IMG/VR virus record: IMGVR_UViG_3300026549_000035
Location: 1-32,917 of that record
Strand: one strand, 5' to 3'
Origin: a virus
Length of the DNA: 32,917 nt
A model generated the notes under the pieces. It worked only from the letters and a program-made list of their open reading frames with translations, was not told where the DNA came from and searched no databases. Position 1 is the first letter of the stretch. Every line of letters begins with the position of its first letter. This document shows positions 15,037 to 26,590 of this stretch, in pieces. Position numbers and translations under genes: made by a program.

Positions 15037-15625
15037 CATAGCAAGATGCACAAAGAGCCGCAATAGATTTTGTATAGTTTTACCAATCGTTAGAGATTCA
15101 GCAAGAGGGTCGTGCTTCATGGGGGTTTACACAAAAAATTATCGAAGAGCTTATTACACGCAAACTACGGTCGTTGCGCCCAGTAACGACCGTAGCAAAA
15201 CTAACTATCTCGTTTTAGGCGTGGCTAATCTTCACAGAGTTAGCCTTAGCTAATTGGTCTCATACTCCAACCTGTGCGTTGGCTGATAGGAGCCAGCACC
15301 GTAGCGGTTCATTCATTGGGGGTATTTAACTTACCCCAGGGTGTTTGACAGGGGTGAGATGCGACAGTAGGCCCTAGCATTTTTTCTCAATCAGCAATAC
15401 TTTTTATATATTTTTAATGAGATAAAAATGGAAAGAGGGGGGCACTATTTCGGGAAAAAATTTTTTTTAAAGAGAAAAAATTTTTTTGTCTGACCAAAAC
15501 TATCTTGAAACTAATTTTCATTTTCAATTACGATATCAGGAAAAATATTCTTCCCTCTTCTTTTTTTACCTTTTTCAAAAAAAATATGCCGGCCGCAATT
15601 ATCGCCACCGACATTCGAATTATCA

Positions 15626-15913
15626 TTAAACATTACGCACAAATACATGCCAAACTAATCCATCATCCATTTGAACTGTTCCTATATAATCTCCAATATA
15701 ACCATATTTACATCCCGTTCCCAAAACAGTAATTTCCACGGTTATTTTTTCATTTTCTTTCCGATGTTTTCCACTGTACTTTTCTATATGATTTTCAGCC
15801 CACATTACTAAATTATTGTTTTGTTTTCCAACTGTAAAAATTCCAGTAAACCAACCTTTAATTCTTACACATCCGCCTTCTGGAAGAATATATTTGTACA
15901 TTACTTTTTTCAT
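15626..15913 (-). CDS. Hypothetical protein (95 aa) in the AT-rich block
   Basis: Start MKKVMYK after AAAGGATGA. Promoter TTGATT-17-TATAAT at ~15930-15960, back-to-back with the plus-strand promoter at 15973-16001. Confidence 0.55.
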   Translation of the reverse strand: MKKVMYKYILPEGGCVRIKGWFTGIFTVGKQNNNLVMWAENHIEKYSGKHRKENEKITVEITVLGTGCKYGYIGDYIGTVQMDDGLVWHVFVRNV

Positions 15914-15972
15914 AAAAAAATCATCCTTTTTTTTTATTTTTATTATATAATATTTTTTTAAATTAATCAAAT

Positions 15973-16001
15973 TTGACAGAAGAAAAATTTTTTGTTATAA
16001 T
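15973..16001 (+). promoter_or_regulatory. Sigma-A type promoter TTGACA-17-TATAAT for the first plus-strand gene
   Basis: TTGACAgaagaaaaattttttgtTATAAT, then GGAGG and the ATG at 16031. Confidence 0.65.
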
Positions 16002-16030
16002 TCTATTAGAGACTGGAGGTAAGATAATAA

Positions 16031-17078
16031 ATGATAAAACTTGATTATTCTTTAACTTCTCCAGAAGATAGAAATAAATTAGTAAAAAAAATACTCGAAG
16101 AAAATCCTGACCCAGGAGAAAAATATCTAGAAATTTTGGCTGATTACCTTATCTTCGCCATGGAGAAAGAAGAAAAAAAGAAAAAGAAAATTCTTACTGA
16201 AAATAGGATGACTACCGTAAATAAGAGAGAAACATCTTTTGAAGGTCTTGTCGCTCAATTGGAAAATGGCGAAGATGGTATATATAATTTAATAACAAAC
16301 AATAAACAAGTAATATTTCAACCAAAAGTAACAATAACAAAAAAAGATTTAGCAGACATTCCCCCTCTTCGTGAATTGCGCGAGACTATTAGTAATTGGG
16401 AAACAAAATTAAAAACGGCTGAAGGTAAGGATCGTTTTATTATTAAAAAGGCGCTGATAGAAATGCGCAAAGACCAATACATAATAAAAAATTCTTATCG
16501 ACAACCAATTATCCCAAATAAAATAACAAGGTCTTCTAGTTATATCCATTTAGATGATAACACTAACGCATTTGATGAAGAGGGGTATCCTATTTCTGAA
16601 GGATTTTCCTTAATGAATCCAAAAGTTTGTGAAGCTATTTTATGCAACTATTCTCGATTAAAGCAAGATGCGGAAGGAAAGTTTGAAGGCGATACTTGGT
16701 ATATAATCTATGATTTTGAAAATCTTTGCGAAAAAGCCTTAGAAAAATATCCTTTATATATGCGCTTAGTCGAATATAAAATTGATGGTATGCAAAACAT
16801 TGATATTTAGGTTTAGCTTCAATTAGAGTTTGGAATTAAACATAGCGTAGAATACATCTCAAGTTTATGGCGCAATAAAATTCCTAAATTAATTGCGTCC
16901 GCAGCTGAAGATGAATATTTAGACTGGTATTATTTAAATATTGCTAAAGGAAAATATAAAAAATGTAGTCGATGCAACGAAATTAAACTTGCGCACAATA
17001 AATATTTTAGCAAAAATAAAACCAGTAAAGATGGTTTTTATAGTATATGTAAAAGTTGTCGAAATAAGAAAAAAACTT
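16031..17078 (+). CDS. Hypothetical protein. A 259-codon TAG-free body, then tandem in-frame TAG-GTT-TAG (16808, 16814), then an 88-codon C-terminal zinc-ribbon tail (CSRCNEI...CKSCRNKKK) ending at TGA
   Basis: The frame stays open through both TAGs and encodes a plausible CxxC...CxxC domain. The overlapping ORF 16941..17279 in another frame has no RBS. Readthrough depends on TAG being a sense codon. Confidence 0.55.
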
Positions 17079-17146
17079 GACATTGGGCAAAAATTCCAAA
17101 TTAAGGCTAGTTATTTATTATATTTTAATGAAAAGGAGGAATTTTT

Positions 17147-17908
17147 ATGCCTAGTGATGGCAAACAATATTATTGTGAAAAATGTAATAGAACAATGGCT
17201 GCCGAATAGTTTTATTCTTCAAACAATTTGGAGAAATATCCTAACGACGGCAAATTTCCTATGTGCAAAAAATGTATGACAATGCACGTAGACAATTGGA
17301 ATCCAGATAGTTATATGTGGATTATTCAAGAAGCAGATGTTCCATATATCCCAGAAGAGTGGAATAAATTAATGGCTTCATATGCGAAAGATCGTAATAA
17401 AGTCACTGGTATGACTATAATTGGGCGATATCTTTCTAAAATGAAATTAAAACAATTTAGAGATTATCGATGGAAAGATACCGAATTTTTACAAGAGCTT
17501 GCGAAATCTAAAAGAGAATAGATTATGAAGGAGCAAGGATATGATGCTCAATAGATTGCGCTCGCAAATGAAAGAGCTTCTTTCGAGGTCCCTTAGAATA
17601 TTGCGATTCCTGACCTTGCGGCTGAGCCTGTTAATCCGTTCCTTGCGTCTGGAACAGAAGATTATTTTGCAGATTAGTCGGGCGCAAGTGATGATGATAT
17701 TGATTTAACAGACGAAGATAAACTTTATCTTCGTTTAAAATGGGGAAAAACTTATAAGCCAGAGGAATGGGTAAAACTTGAATAGTTATATAATGATATG
17801 ATGAATTCATATGATATTCAAGGAGCAGGACATGAAGATAATCTTAAACTTTTATGTAAAACATCTCTTAAGGCAAATCAATTAATTGATATTGGGGATA
17901 AATCTTAA
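17147..17908 (+). CDS. Hypothetical zinc-ribbon protein (~253 aa) with five in-frame TAG codons (the first at 17204)
   Basis: RBS AAAGGAGG. CxxC..CxxC motifs (YYCEKCNRT...MCKKCMT). TAA stop at 17906-17908, immediately before the intron-like element. Confidence 0.55.
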
Positions 17909-17914
17909 TCTATG

Positions 17915-19010
17915 TTCCCATAAAACTCTCTTAATTGCTGGAAACTCTTAAAGCATTATAAACTACATAGGAAATCTTTTTTAAGATTAAACTAGAATGT
18001 TTGAAAATTATAATGATATATAGACAATCAGCAGCCAAATTATTTAAAAAAGGAATGATCAAAAATAATGTTTAAACAATATTATAATACACCATACGAT
18101 ATTTATGAAGATGGTAGATGTTTTAGTCATTTATCAAATAAATTTTTAACGCCTAAAATGTCTGCTAAATATCCATCTTATAATTTAACTTTTGAAGGCA
18201 AAAAACGTTAGGTAAAAGTGCATCGGATGGTAGCAGAAACTTTTATTCCAAATCCAGAAAATAAGCCAATTGTAAATCATATGGATGGCGATACACATAA
18301 TTTTCATGTAAATAACTTAGAATGGGTTACTTTTAAAGAAAATAATTAGCATGCTTATAATACTGGATTAAGAAAAAATGGTAATCAAACAATTAATAAA
18401 TATATAAGTAATTTACCTAATGAAGAATGGACTGATATAAAAAATTATCCAAATTATTTAATCTCTTCATATGGACGTATTATGAATAAAAGAACTAAAA
18501 GATTATTAAAGCTTTATATAAATCATAATGGATATTATAATGTAAATTTATGGAAAAATAATAAAGGAAAAACTTTACAAGTTCATCCTTTAATTTATTC
18601 TAATTTTACAAAAGATTATGATTTAAAAAACTATGTTATTAATCATAAAGATGGTAATAAACAAAATAATCAAATTTCTAATTTAGAAAAAATTACTTAT
18701 CAAGAAAACAATTTTCATGCTAGCTATATAATAAAGACACATAAACAAGAAAAACCTGTTTATTAGTTAAATGATTAGTATGAAATTATTACATCATTCC
18801 CTTCCATTGCATCCGCATAGCGTATAACCGGCATCTCAAATATTAGTAGAGCCATAAAAAAACAAGGTAAAGCTGGCGGTTATTATTGGAAATTTAAATA
18901 AAAGGTTCAACGACTATCCTAAATGGAGTAGGATACAAGCGTATCCGAAATGGAGAGTATTTATTTTATAGTTTGTAAATAAATAAAGATATAGTCTGAC
19001 CTTTATTGAA
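17915..19010 (+). mobile_element. Group I intron-like element carrying an HNH homing-endonuclease ORF. It has a 5' motif shared with two other elements and 3' ribozyme core R (GGTTCAACGACTATCC) and S (AAGATATAGTCTGACC)
   Basis: R and S elements at ~18903-19001. 5' element AACTCTCTTAATTGCTGGAAACTCTTAA at 17917. Homologous to the elements at 19775-20213 and 21577-22700. Exon junctions not resolved. Confidence 0.45.
18068..18766 (+). CDS. HNH homing endonuclease (~232 aa) with in-frame TAG at 18209 and 18347
   Basis: Motifs [40 protein letters not shown] and [17 protein letters not shown] are canonical HNH (HNH_3-like). RBS AAGGAA. Confidence 0.8.
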
Positions 19011-19048
19011 AAATAAAGAAAAAGTTTAGCGAACTTTAAAACAAAAAA

Positions 19049-19510
19049 ATGGTAGAAGGTTTCCAAAAGATGTCAAAAGTTTATGATTAGCTTATGAAGT
19101 CAGGCAAATTTACTGCAGCTTAGAATAAAGCTGAATCTGGTGAATATGTTGATTCTGTAGGTGAATTAGTAGCTATTTGTGAAAAAGATGGTTTTATTCC
19201 ACGTTATTATTTAGGAGAACCTAATGATAAAGTAGATTAGACTATTATTGATATGAAACGTTATACTCGTACCTTAATTACTGAAGAAACCAATCTTGGT
19301 AATCTTATTGAAGAAGCTATTAAAAATAACCAAAAAGAAGATGAAGAAGAACGCAATTCTAAGAATACTGATACTGGATTATTAGATGTTGAAGAATTAG
19401 AAGAACAATTGCGTGATGAAGACTTTGAAGAGTATAGTGAATTTTTAGATAATGAAGAGGCTAGTGATGCTGACCTTTTAAATTTCTTAACTGAAAATGG
19501 AGGTTAGTAA
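19049..19510 (+). CDS. Putative small terminase subunit (~153 aa, acidic C-terminus) with four in-frame TAG codons
   Basis: Immediately upstream of the large terminase, whose RBS is embedded in its end. The weak RBS of this gene suggests coupling or a splicing relationship with the upstream intron-like element. Confidence 0.4.
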
Positions 19511-19512
19511 TT

Positions 19513-19774
19513 ATGGCTTTACAAGATTTATTAGATATTAATACTAAACGATAGAAAATAGGTTTATCTGAAGAGCGCATTGAAGCTATAAAACCTGCGC
19601 TCAGGAAGTATATTGCGTTTTGGCGAGAATACCCAGACCTTTTTATTGATTTTTTAGTAAGAGGTCCTCGAACAGAAGTAAAAGAAGGAGAATTTCATTT
19701 CTATTTTTATTAGAGAGTTTTTCTTCGTTGTGTTATGCGACATTAGTATGTATATGCCGTATTCCCTCGTGCGT
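19513..19774 (+). CDS. Large terminase subunit, exon 1 (N-terminal ATPase segment up to the Walker A region ...MRHQYVYAVFPRA)
   Basis: RBS GGAGG. Two in-frame TAG codons. The reading frame closes at 19804. The exon end is approximate. Confidence 0.6.
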
Positions 19775-20213
19775 CAAAAAGTGGCGCCAATATTATTTTT
19801 CACTAATTGTGGAAAATTTTGGACAAAACTTCTCTAATTGTGGGAACTCTAAATTCATATGAATTATGAACAAGAGAATCCAGAGTAAATATAAAAGAGG
19901 AGTATGTTTAAATATAAAATTAGATAGTAGTAGTATTACAAAATGCTGCAAAGGGAAATTAAAAACTATAGGTGGTTTTATATTTAAATATGCTTAATTT
20001 TTATAAATCTTTAACGACTATCCTGAAAAAGTCTCCGAGGGATAATAAGTAGAGGCAATAGGAGTAGGGCGCAAGCAAATGGCGTGGGTGAGAGTCCCTT
20101 AAATCGAAAAGAGAAGATTTATTATATTTTATAATAAATGTGAGATAGTCTATTCTTATAGGAAACTATAAGCAGTTCATAAGAGAACGTAATGGAAGTT
20201 GCGATTCCATTAG
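19775..20213 (+). mobile_element. ORF-less group I intron interrupting the large terminase gene
   Basis: 5' element AACTTCTCTAATTGTGGGAACTCTAAATT (19826). R-like TTTAACGACTATCC (20012) and S-like GAGATAGTCTATTC (~20150), followed by P9-like hairpins CTTATAG..CTATAAG and TAATGGAA..TTCCATTA. Exon 2 resumes in a different frame (...DSKSFLSVMALMVRAILYPRANLFVTSGGKEQ). Boundaries approximate. Confidence 0.55.
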
Positions 20214-21574
20214 AATATTAAGACAGTAAATCATTTTTATCTGTTATGGCATTAATGGTTAGAGCAATTCTTTATCCTAGAGCTAATTTATTTGTTACCT
20301 CAGGAGGAAAAGAATAGGCTGCGGGTATCTTAAAAGATAAAGTAAATGAAATATGCACTTTAATTCCTGCACTCGATAGAGAAATTGACCGAAGAAGAGG
20401 TAAAACCCTTGAAGGTAAAGACTATTGTAAATATGTTTTTAGAAATGGGTCTACTTTAGATAATATTGCGGCGAGAGAAAGTTCTAGAGGTAAACGTCGA
20501 CATGGCGGGCTTGTAGAGGAGTGCGTTGGTGTTGATGATTAGATTTTACGAGAAGTAATTATTCCTGTTATGGCAATTCCTCGTCGTTGTATGGATGGTA
20601 GCACATAGGAAACTGAAACATTAAATAAAAGTTAGGTATTTGTTACTACTGCTGGATATAAAGGAACTTATCCATATGAGCGTTTAATTGGTTTTTTAGT
20701 GCGTATGGTTACCCAGCCAGAACGATGTGTAGTTATAGGTGGAACATGGCGATTACCAGTAGAAGTTGGATTACAAAGTAAAACTTTTATTAAAGACCAA
20801 AAAGATGAAGGAACCTTTAATGAAGCTTCTTTCGAACGTGAATATGAATCACGTTGGACTGGTGATGTAGAAGATGCTTTCTTTAATGCTGATATGTTTA
20901 ATAGAAATCGTATTTTAAAACAACCTGAGTATGAAGCTTCTGGTCGTTCTAGTAAAAATTAGTATTATATTATTTCTGTTGACGTAGGTCGTAAAGGCTG
21001 TGATACTGTATGTTGTATTTTTAAAGTATCTCCTTAGCCACAAGGACCTTCTTTAAAATCATTAGTTAATATTGAAATTATTAGTAATGAACACTTTGGT
21101 GACTAGGCTCTTGAATTAAAGAAATTATATTATAAATATAATGCAAGAAGAATTGTAATAGATGGTAATGGACTTGGAATTGGCTTAATTGATTATATGG
21201 TTAAACCTTCTATAGACCCAGAAACAAATGATGTTTTGCCTGATTTTGGAGTATATGGCGGAACTCAAGATGATGCGGCGGATGAATATAAAAAATATAG
21301 AACATCTGACTGTGAATAGGATGCTATTTATATTATAAAAGCTAATGCTCCAATTAATACAGAAGCACATGCTAATGCTTAGGTAAACTTGTCTTCTGGA
21401 AAAGTAAAAATGTTAATTGACGAACGTGATGCTAAAATAAAATTATTAGGAACTAAAGTCGGTCAAAATATGAAACCTGAAGAAAGGTCAATTTATTTAA
21501 AACCATTTACATTAACTTCCATATTAAAAGAGGAAATAGAATTCATTGTTTCCCTATATAGAAATATATAGTAA
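20214..21574 (+). CDS. Large terminase subunit, exon 2 (rest of the ATPase domain plus the C-terminal RNase H-like nuclease domain), with ~12 in-frame TAG codons
   Basis: Nuclease motifs YYIISVDVGRKGCDTVCCIFKV and RIVIDGNGLGIGLIDYMV. Ends TAG-TAA at 21569-21574, followed by terminator-like hairpin CTCTAAcugcGGGaaaCCCcTTAGAG plus a T5 run. Confidence 0.65.
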
Positions 21575-21576
21575 AA

Positions 21577-22700
21577 AAAACTCTCTAACTGCGGGAAACC
21601 CCTTAGAGTTTTTCATACCGCGGTATTATAGTGATATAATACGCAGCAGATATTATAATAGATATTAGATGGTAAAAATTGAAAAAATTGGGCAATCCGC
21701 AACCAAGATACTATTTTAAATTTTATTTATTATTGAAAGGGGAGTTCTGAATTATGTTTGTACCTTTAATAATAAATAATAAGACAACTCAATATTTAAT
21801 TTCTGATATTGGAGAAATTAAAAATATAAAAACAAATAAAATTTTAAAAGGAACTATTAGAAATGGATATTAGATGGTAAAATTAACAATAAATTCATAG
21901 AAAAAAGATTTTTTAATACATAGATTAGTAGCAACAACTTTCTTAGAAAATCCTTTAAATTTACCATAGGTAAATCATAAAGATAAAAATAAATTAAATA
22001 ACGCAGTATCCAATTTAGAGTGGGTATCTATTTAGGAAAATATGCTTCATCGAAGTAAAAATCTATTTATAGATAAGAAAATAAGAAAAAAGAAAGAGAA
22101 AATTATTCTTAATGAACATTGGCGTCAATATAAAAATAGTAATTATTGGATTAGTGATACTGGGAAATGTTATAATCAACAAACTCAATATTTATTATCA
22201 CCCATTAAATCTGGTAATTATTATAAATATTGTTTTTCTATAAATGGAAAGAAAAAATCTGCGTTAATTCATAAATTAGTTTATAGTTTATTTAAAGATG
22301 ATTATGATGAACAAAAACAAATTAATCATATAGATGGTGATAAATAGAATAATTCATTAGAAAATTTAGAATTAGTTACTAATCAATAGAATGTATTACA
22401 TAGCTATTATATTTTACATAATAATATCCATTAGATAGGGCAATTTGACACATAGAACAATTTAATTACTATTTACGATAGTATGAGTGCGGCCGCTCGC
22501 GCAATTAATGGTTCAGTAAGTGCTATTAGTTAGGTTTGTGCGGGAAAAGCTAAAACTCATAAAGGTTTTATTTGGAAAAAAATAGTATAAGGCTCAACGA
22601 CTATCCGGAAGGAGTAGGCTTTTTGCCGAAATGGGAGTCCCTAAACAGATAATGCTGTAGGTGAAGATATAGTCTGAACATTAGTTGAAAAACTAAGATA
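21577..22700 (+). mobile_element. Group I intron-like element carrying a tandem HNH endonuclease ORF. 5' motif AACTCTCTAACTGCGGGAAACCCCTTAGAG and 3' core R (GGCTCAACGACTATCC) and S (GAAGATATAGTCTGAAC)
   Basis: R and S elements at ~22595-22690. Homologous to the other two elements. Whether it splices an exon or is a degenerate intergenic intron is unresolved. Confidence 0.45.
21754..22590 (+). CDS. Tandem-HNH homing endonuclease (~278 aa) with ~9 in-frame TAG codons
   Basis: Two HNH modules (IHRLVATTFLENP...VNHKDKNKLNNAVSNLEWV and LIHKLVYSLF...INHIDGDKQNNSLENLELV). RBS AAAGGGGAG. TAA stop at 22588-22590. Confidence 0.7.
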
Positions 22701-22907
22701 ACGTTATTTTGGATGAATCTCAGAGAAGAAAATGAAGGCACCAATATTATTCTTAAATAGGCTAATAAAGGTATTAAAAAGGATAAGTTTTCAGCTTTTG
22801 AATATGGTTTATATTATATAAAAGTAGAAGAAGATAATAAAAAGAGAAAAAGAAGATTTAATGCTAAAGATTGGATGATGTTTAATTAATAGAAAAGGAG
22901 AGGTTAA

Positions 22908-23265
22908 ATGCGAGCTTCTAGAGGAGAGATCAAGATAGAGGAGATACTTCGTGATGCAGGATTACCTTTTAAAATGGAATATAGTTTTCCAGAATTAAAA
23001 AGTGAAAATGGCAGACCTCTTCGTTTTGATTTTGTTATATTTGATGATGATGGAAATATTGATTTTATTATAGAATTTTAGGGTAGACAGCATTATGAAG
23101 CAAGTCAAAAGTTTGGTGGAAAAAGGGGCCTTTATCAATAGCAACATAATGATAACCGCAAACGGAGATTTTGTGCATTACATGGGTTTACTTTAATTGA
23201 AATCCCTTATACAGAAGAAAATTTGATTAATTATGATTATATAATGCACAGAGCAGGTTATTAAA
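22908..23265 (+). CDS. Putative endonuclease-like protein (~118 aa; D..D..IEFQG signature), with two in-frame TAG codons
   Basis: RBS AAAAGGAGAGG. Motif FDFVIFDDDGNIDFIIEFQGRQHY resembles a PD-(D/E)XK-type core. Assignment tentative. Confidence 0.4.
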
Positions 23266-23289
23266 TGTTTAAGAAAGGAGGTATATGTT

Positions 23290-24984
23290 TTGGATATGGA
23301 TCATTTATCATCTAATGAAAATCTTTTTTTAAATAGTGAACAACGACAAGCACGTATTTTTAGTAAAGGATTTGATATGCTTTCAAGTAATAGATATATA
23401 GATTATCGAACAGCAGATAATAACTTTAGTAAAATTAAAGTTGGAGTTAAAAATTTAGAAGATGCTGTTTTAGAATTAGGAGAATTAAGAAAAACAATTC
23501 CACAATCTCCTTATTATAATAAAAAAGAATTAATGAAAGCTATCTTAAAAAATGATTATAGAAAACTAAGAGAATTTTCTAGATTTTTTTATAAAATAAA
23601 TGGTATTTATTCAAAACTTTGTCAATATATATCTTTTATGTATCGTTATGATTGGTATATTGTTCCAGAGATATTTGATGACAATGTAAAAGAAGAAAAA
23701 GTTTTAAAAGATTTTTCTAAATTATTAAATTATTTAGATAATAGTTATATTAAAAAGATTTGCGGCGAAATGGCTTTAAAGGTTCTTATAGATGGGTGCT
23801 ATTATGGTTATTTAGTAGAATCAAATGATTCAATTATGATTCAAGAACTCCCCGCAGATTTTTGTAGAACTAGATATTCTGTAAAAGGTATGCCGGCAAT
23901 TGAATTTAATATGGCTTTTTTTGATACTTTTAGAGATCTTAATTATCGAATGAGAGTTTTAAATTTATTTCCAAGTGAATTTAAAAAGGGATATATCTTA
24001 TTTAAACAGGGAAAATTACAACCTGATTATTAGGATTATCCTAGTTAGTTAGGCTTCCAAGAACGTTCTGGAGGTTGGTATTTACTTACTCCTGGTTCTG
24101 CGTTTAAGTTTAATTTAAATAATAATGATATTCCACCCTTTATAAATATTATTCCTTATTTAATTGATTTAGACTCTGCCCAAGACTTAGATAGACGTAA
24201 ATAGATGCAATAGTTATTAAAAATTATTATTCAAAAATTACCACTTGATAAAAATGGAGAATTAATTTTTGATGTAGATGAAGCAAGAGATATTCATAAT
24301 AATGCTGTTGCAATGCTGTAGCGAGCTATTGGAGTAGATGTTTTAACTACTTTTGCAGATGTTGAAAGTATTGATATGTCAGATAAAAATACTACAACTA
24401 CAAGAGATGACTTAGCAAAAGTTGAAAGAACAGTTTATAATGCCGCTGGTATTTCAAAAAATGTTTTTAATACAGAAGGAAATCTTGCTTTAGAGAAATC
24501 TATTTTAGAAGATGAGTCTACAGTTAGAAATTTATTGTTATAGTTTATAGTGTTTTTTGACAGAATAGTTTAGACTAAAAATTCTAATAAAAAGAAATAC
24601 GCTTTTAGATTTTATATGTTAGAAACAACTCAATATAATTATCAGAATTTATCTAAAATGTATAAAGAACAAGCTTAGATGGGACATTCAAAAATTCTCC
24701 CTCAAATTGCTTTAGGTCATTCTTAGAGCTTTATTTTAAATACTGCTTATTTTGAAAATAACGTTTTACACTTAACTGAATTAATGTTACCTAACTTATT
24801 AAGTTCAACAATGAATTTAGCAGATTTATTGGGTAAAAATGAACAAAATAATAATAACAATTAGCAAAAGAAAACAGGAGGACAAAATAAATAGGCTTCT
24901 GATAAACAAGAAGCGGGTCGTCCAGAAAAAGCTGATGATGAAAAAAGCGAAAAAACAATTCAAAATAAAGAGTCTATGAATTAA
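23290..24984 (+). CDS. Putative portal protein (~564 aa) with many in-frame TAG codons
   Basis: Position between terminase and scaffold. Size. RBS AAAGGAGG, with a probable TTG or ATG start at 23290-23296. TAA stop at 24982-24984. Confidence 0.55.
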
Positions 24985-24995
24985 GGAGGGTTATA

Positions 24996-26570
24996 ATGAA
25001 ACATACTAGTGTATTAAAATTAAATTCTCCGATTGAATTTATTGAAAGTTCAAAAATAAGTCCTTTTGTATCAAAAGTGCAAATAAAGGTTTGTTATGTT
25101 GGAGAAGAACCAAATAGAAATCATTGTGTTATTACTAAAGATGTTGCAAAAGAAATGGCTCCTAGTTTACGAGGATGTCCAATTGTAGGATTTTATAATG
25201 AGTCTACTGGAGATTTTGAAGAGCATAACAAGTAGATTACTATTTCAAATGGAGAATGGCGAATTACTGATTCAACTACTCCTTATGGTTTTATTGATTT
25301 AAATGCAAAAATTTGGTTTGCTACCTATATTGATGATAACAAAGTTGAAAGAGAATATCTATGCACTGAAGGATATATTTGGGATCATGCTTATCCAGAA
25401 GCAAAAAGAGTTTTAACAAATGGTAATAATCATTCTATGGAATTTGATGAAGAAACTCTTGATACTACCTGGTCAAAAGATTAGAATAAAAGACCTCAAT
25501 TTTTCATTGTAAATGAGGCACTTTTATCTAAACTTTGTATTTTAGGAGAAGATTATGAACCTTGTTTTGAGGGTTCTCAAATTACAGCTTTTTCTTTAGT
25601 TGTTGATAAATCATTTCAAGAGAAAATGTATTCAATGATGAATGAAATAAAAGAATTATTAACAGAAGGAGGAACGAAAGTGTTTAATACATATGCAGTT
25701 GAAATTGGCGATGCTCTTTGGTCTGCTCTTTATAGATATATTGAAAGCACCTACCCAGATGAACAAAGAGACGGGTGTTCAAAATATATAATTGAGGGCA
25801 TATATGAAGAAGGCGGTCAAAAATTTGCAATTTTAAACGACCATTTAAATACAAAATACTATCGTTTAAACTTTTCTATTACTGAAGGAGAAGGATTTTC
25901 TGCTTAGGGCGATCTTATTGAAGTAACTAAAAGTTACACCCCTGCGGCCGAGGCTCAATTCTCCGCAGCTGAAGTTGAGACATATATAAAAGAATATGTC
26001 AAGAAAAAAAATGAGGACAAAAAAGATGAAAAAGATAAAAAGAATTCTGAAGATTCATCAGAAGATAAAGGAAAATCTGAAGATGAAGATAAAAACAATG
26101 AAGGTTCTTCTGAAGATGATGACGATGAAGATAAGAAAAAGAAAAAGTTTTCTTATAATTCTTTAGAAGAAATTCCTGAATATGTTGAACTTTAGAACAA
26201 CTTTTCTAATCTTAAATCCCAAGTATCTAATCTCAATAGCACTATTGAGAATTTAAATAGCGAACTTGCTACTTTACGTGAATTCAAGCTTAAAGCTGAA
26301 CGTAAGGAAAAAGAAGCCAAGATCGCTGAATTCTATATGTTGTCTGACGAGAGTAAAAAAGATATTCTTGAGAATATTGACAATTATTCTCTTGATGATA
26401 TTGAAGCAAAACTTTCAGTTATTTGTTTCCGTAATAAAGTGAGCTTTAAAAATGATGAAGAAAGTGCAGGAAATCAAACCACTTATTCTTTAAATGGAAA
26501 TGAAGAAGAGGATCTTTCTATTCCAGCTTGGGTAAAAGCCGCTTTAGATACTGCTAAAACTTTAAATTAA
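24996..26570 (+). CDS. Putative scaffolding or prohead-core protein (~524 aa; acidic low-complexity linker plus a C-terminal coiled coil), with in-frame TAG codons
   Basis: RBS AAGGAGG. D/E/K-rich tract (KKNEDKKDEKDKKNSEDSSEDKGKSEDEDKNNEGSSEDDDDEDKKKKK) followed by heptad-like NLKSQVSNLNSTIENLNSELATLREFKLKAERKEKEAK. Confidence 0.5.
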
Positions 26571-26590
26571 TAAAGGAGGATATTTGAACG

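Noticed and set aside
15008-15253. Plus-strand ORF of 81 aa (TTG start)
   Set aside because: Arg-rich translation of a hairpin-rich repeat region. No convincing RBS or promoter.
16941-17279. Plus-strand ORF of 112 aa
   Set aside because: Out of frame with the TAG-readthrough extension of gene 16031..17078 and with gene 17147. No RBS. It is an artefact of standard-code ORF calling.
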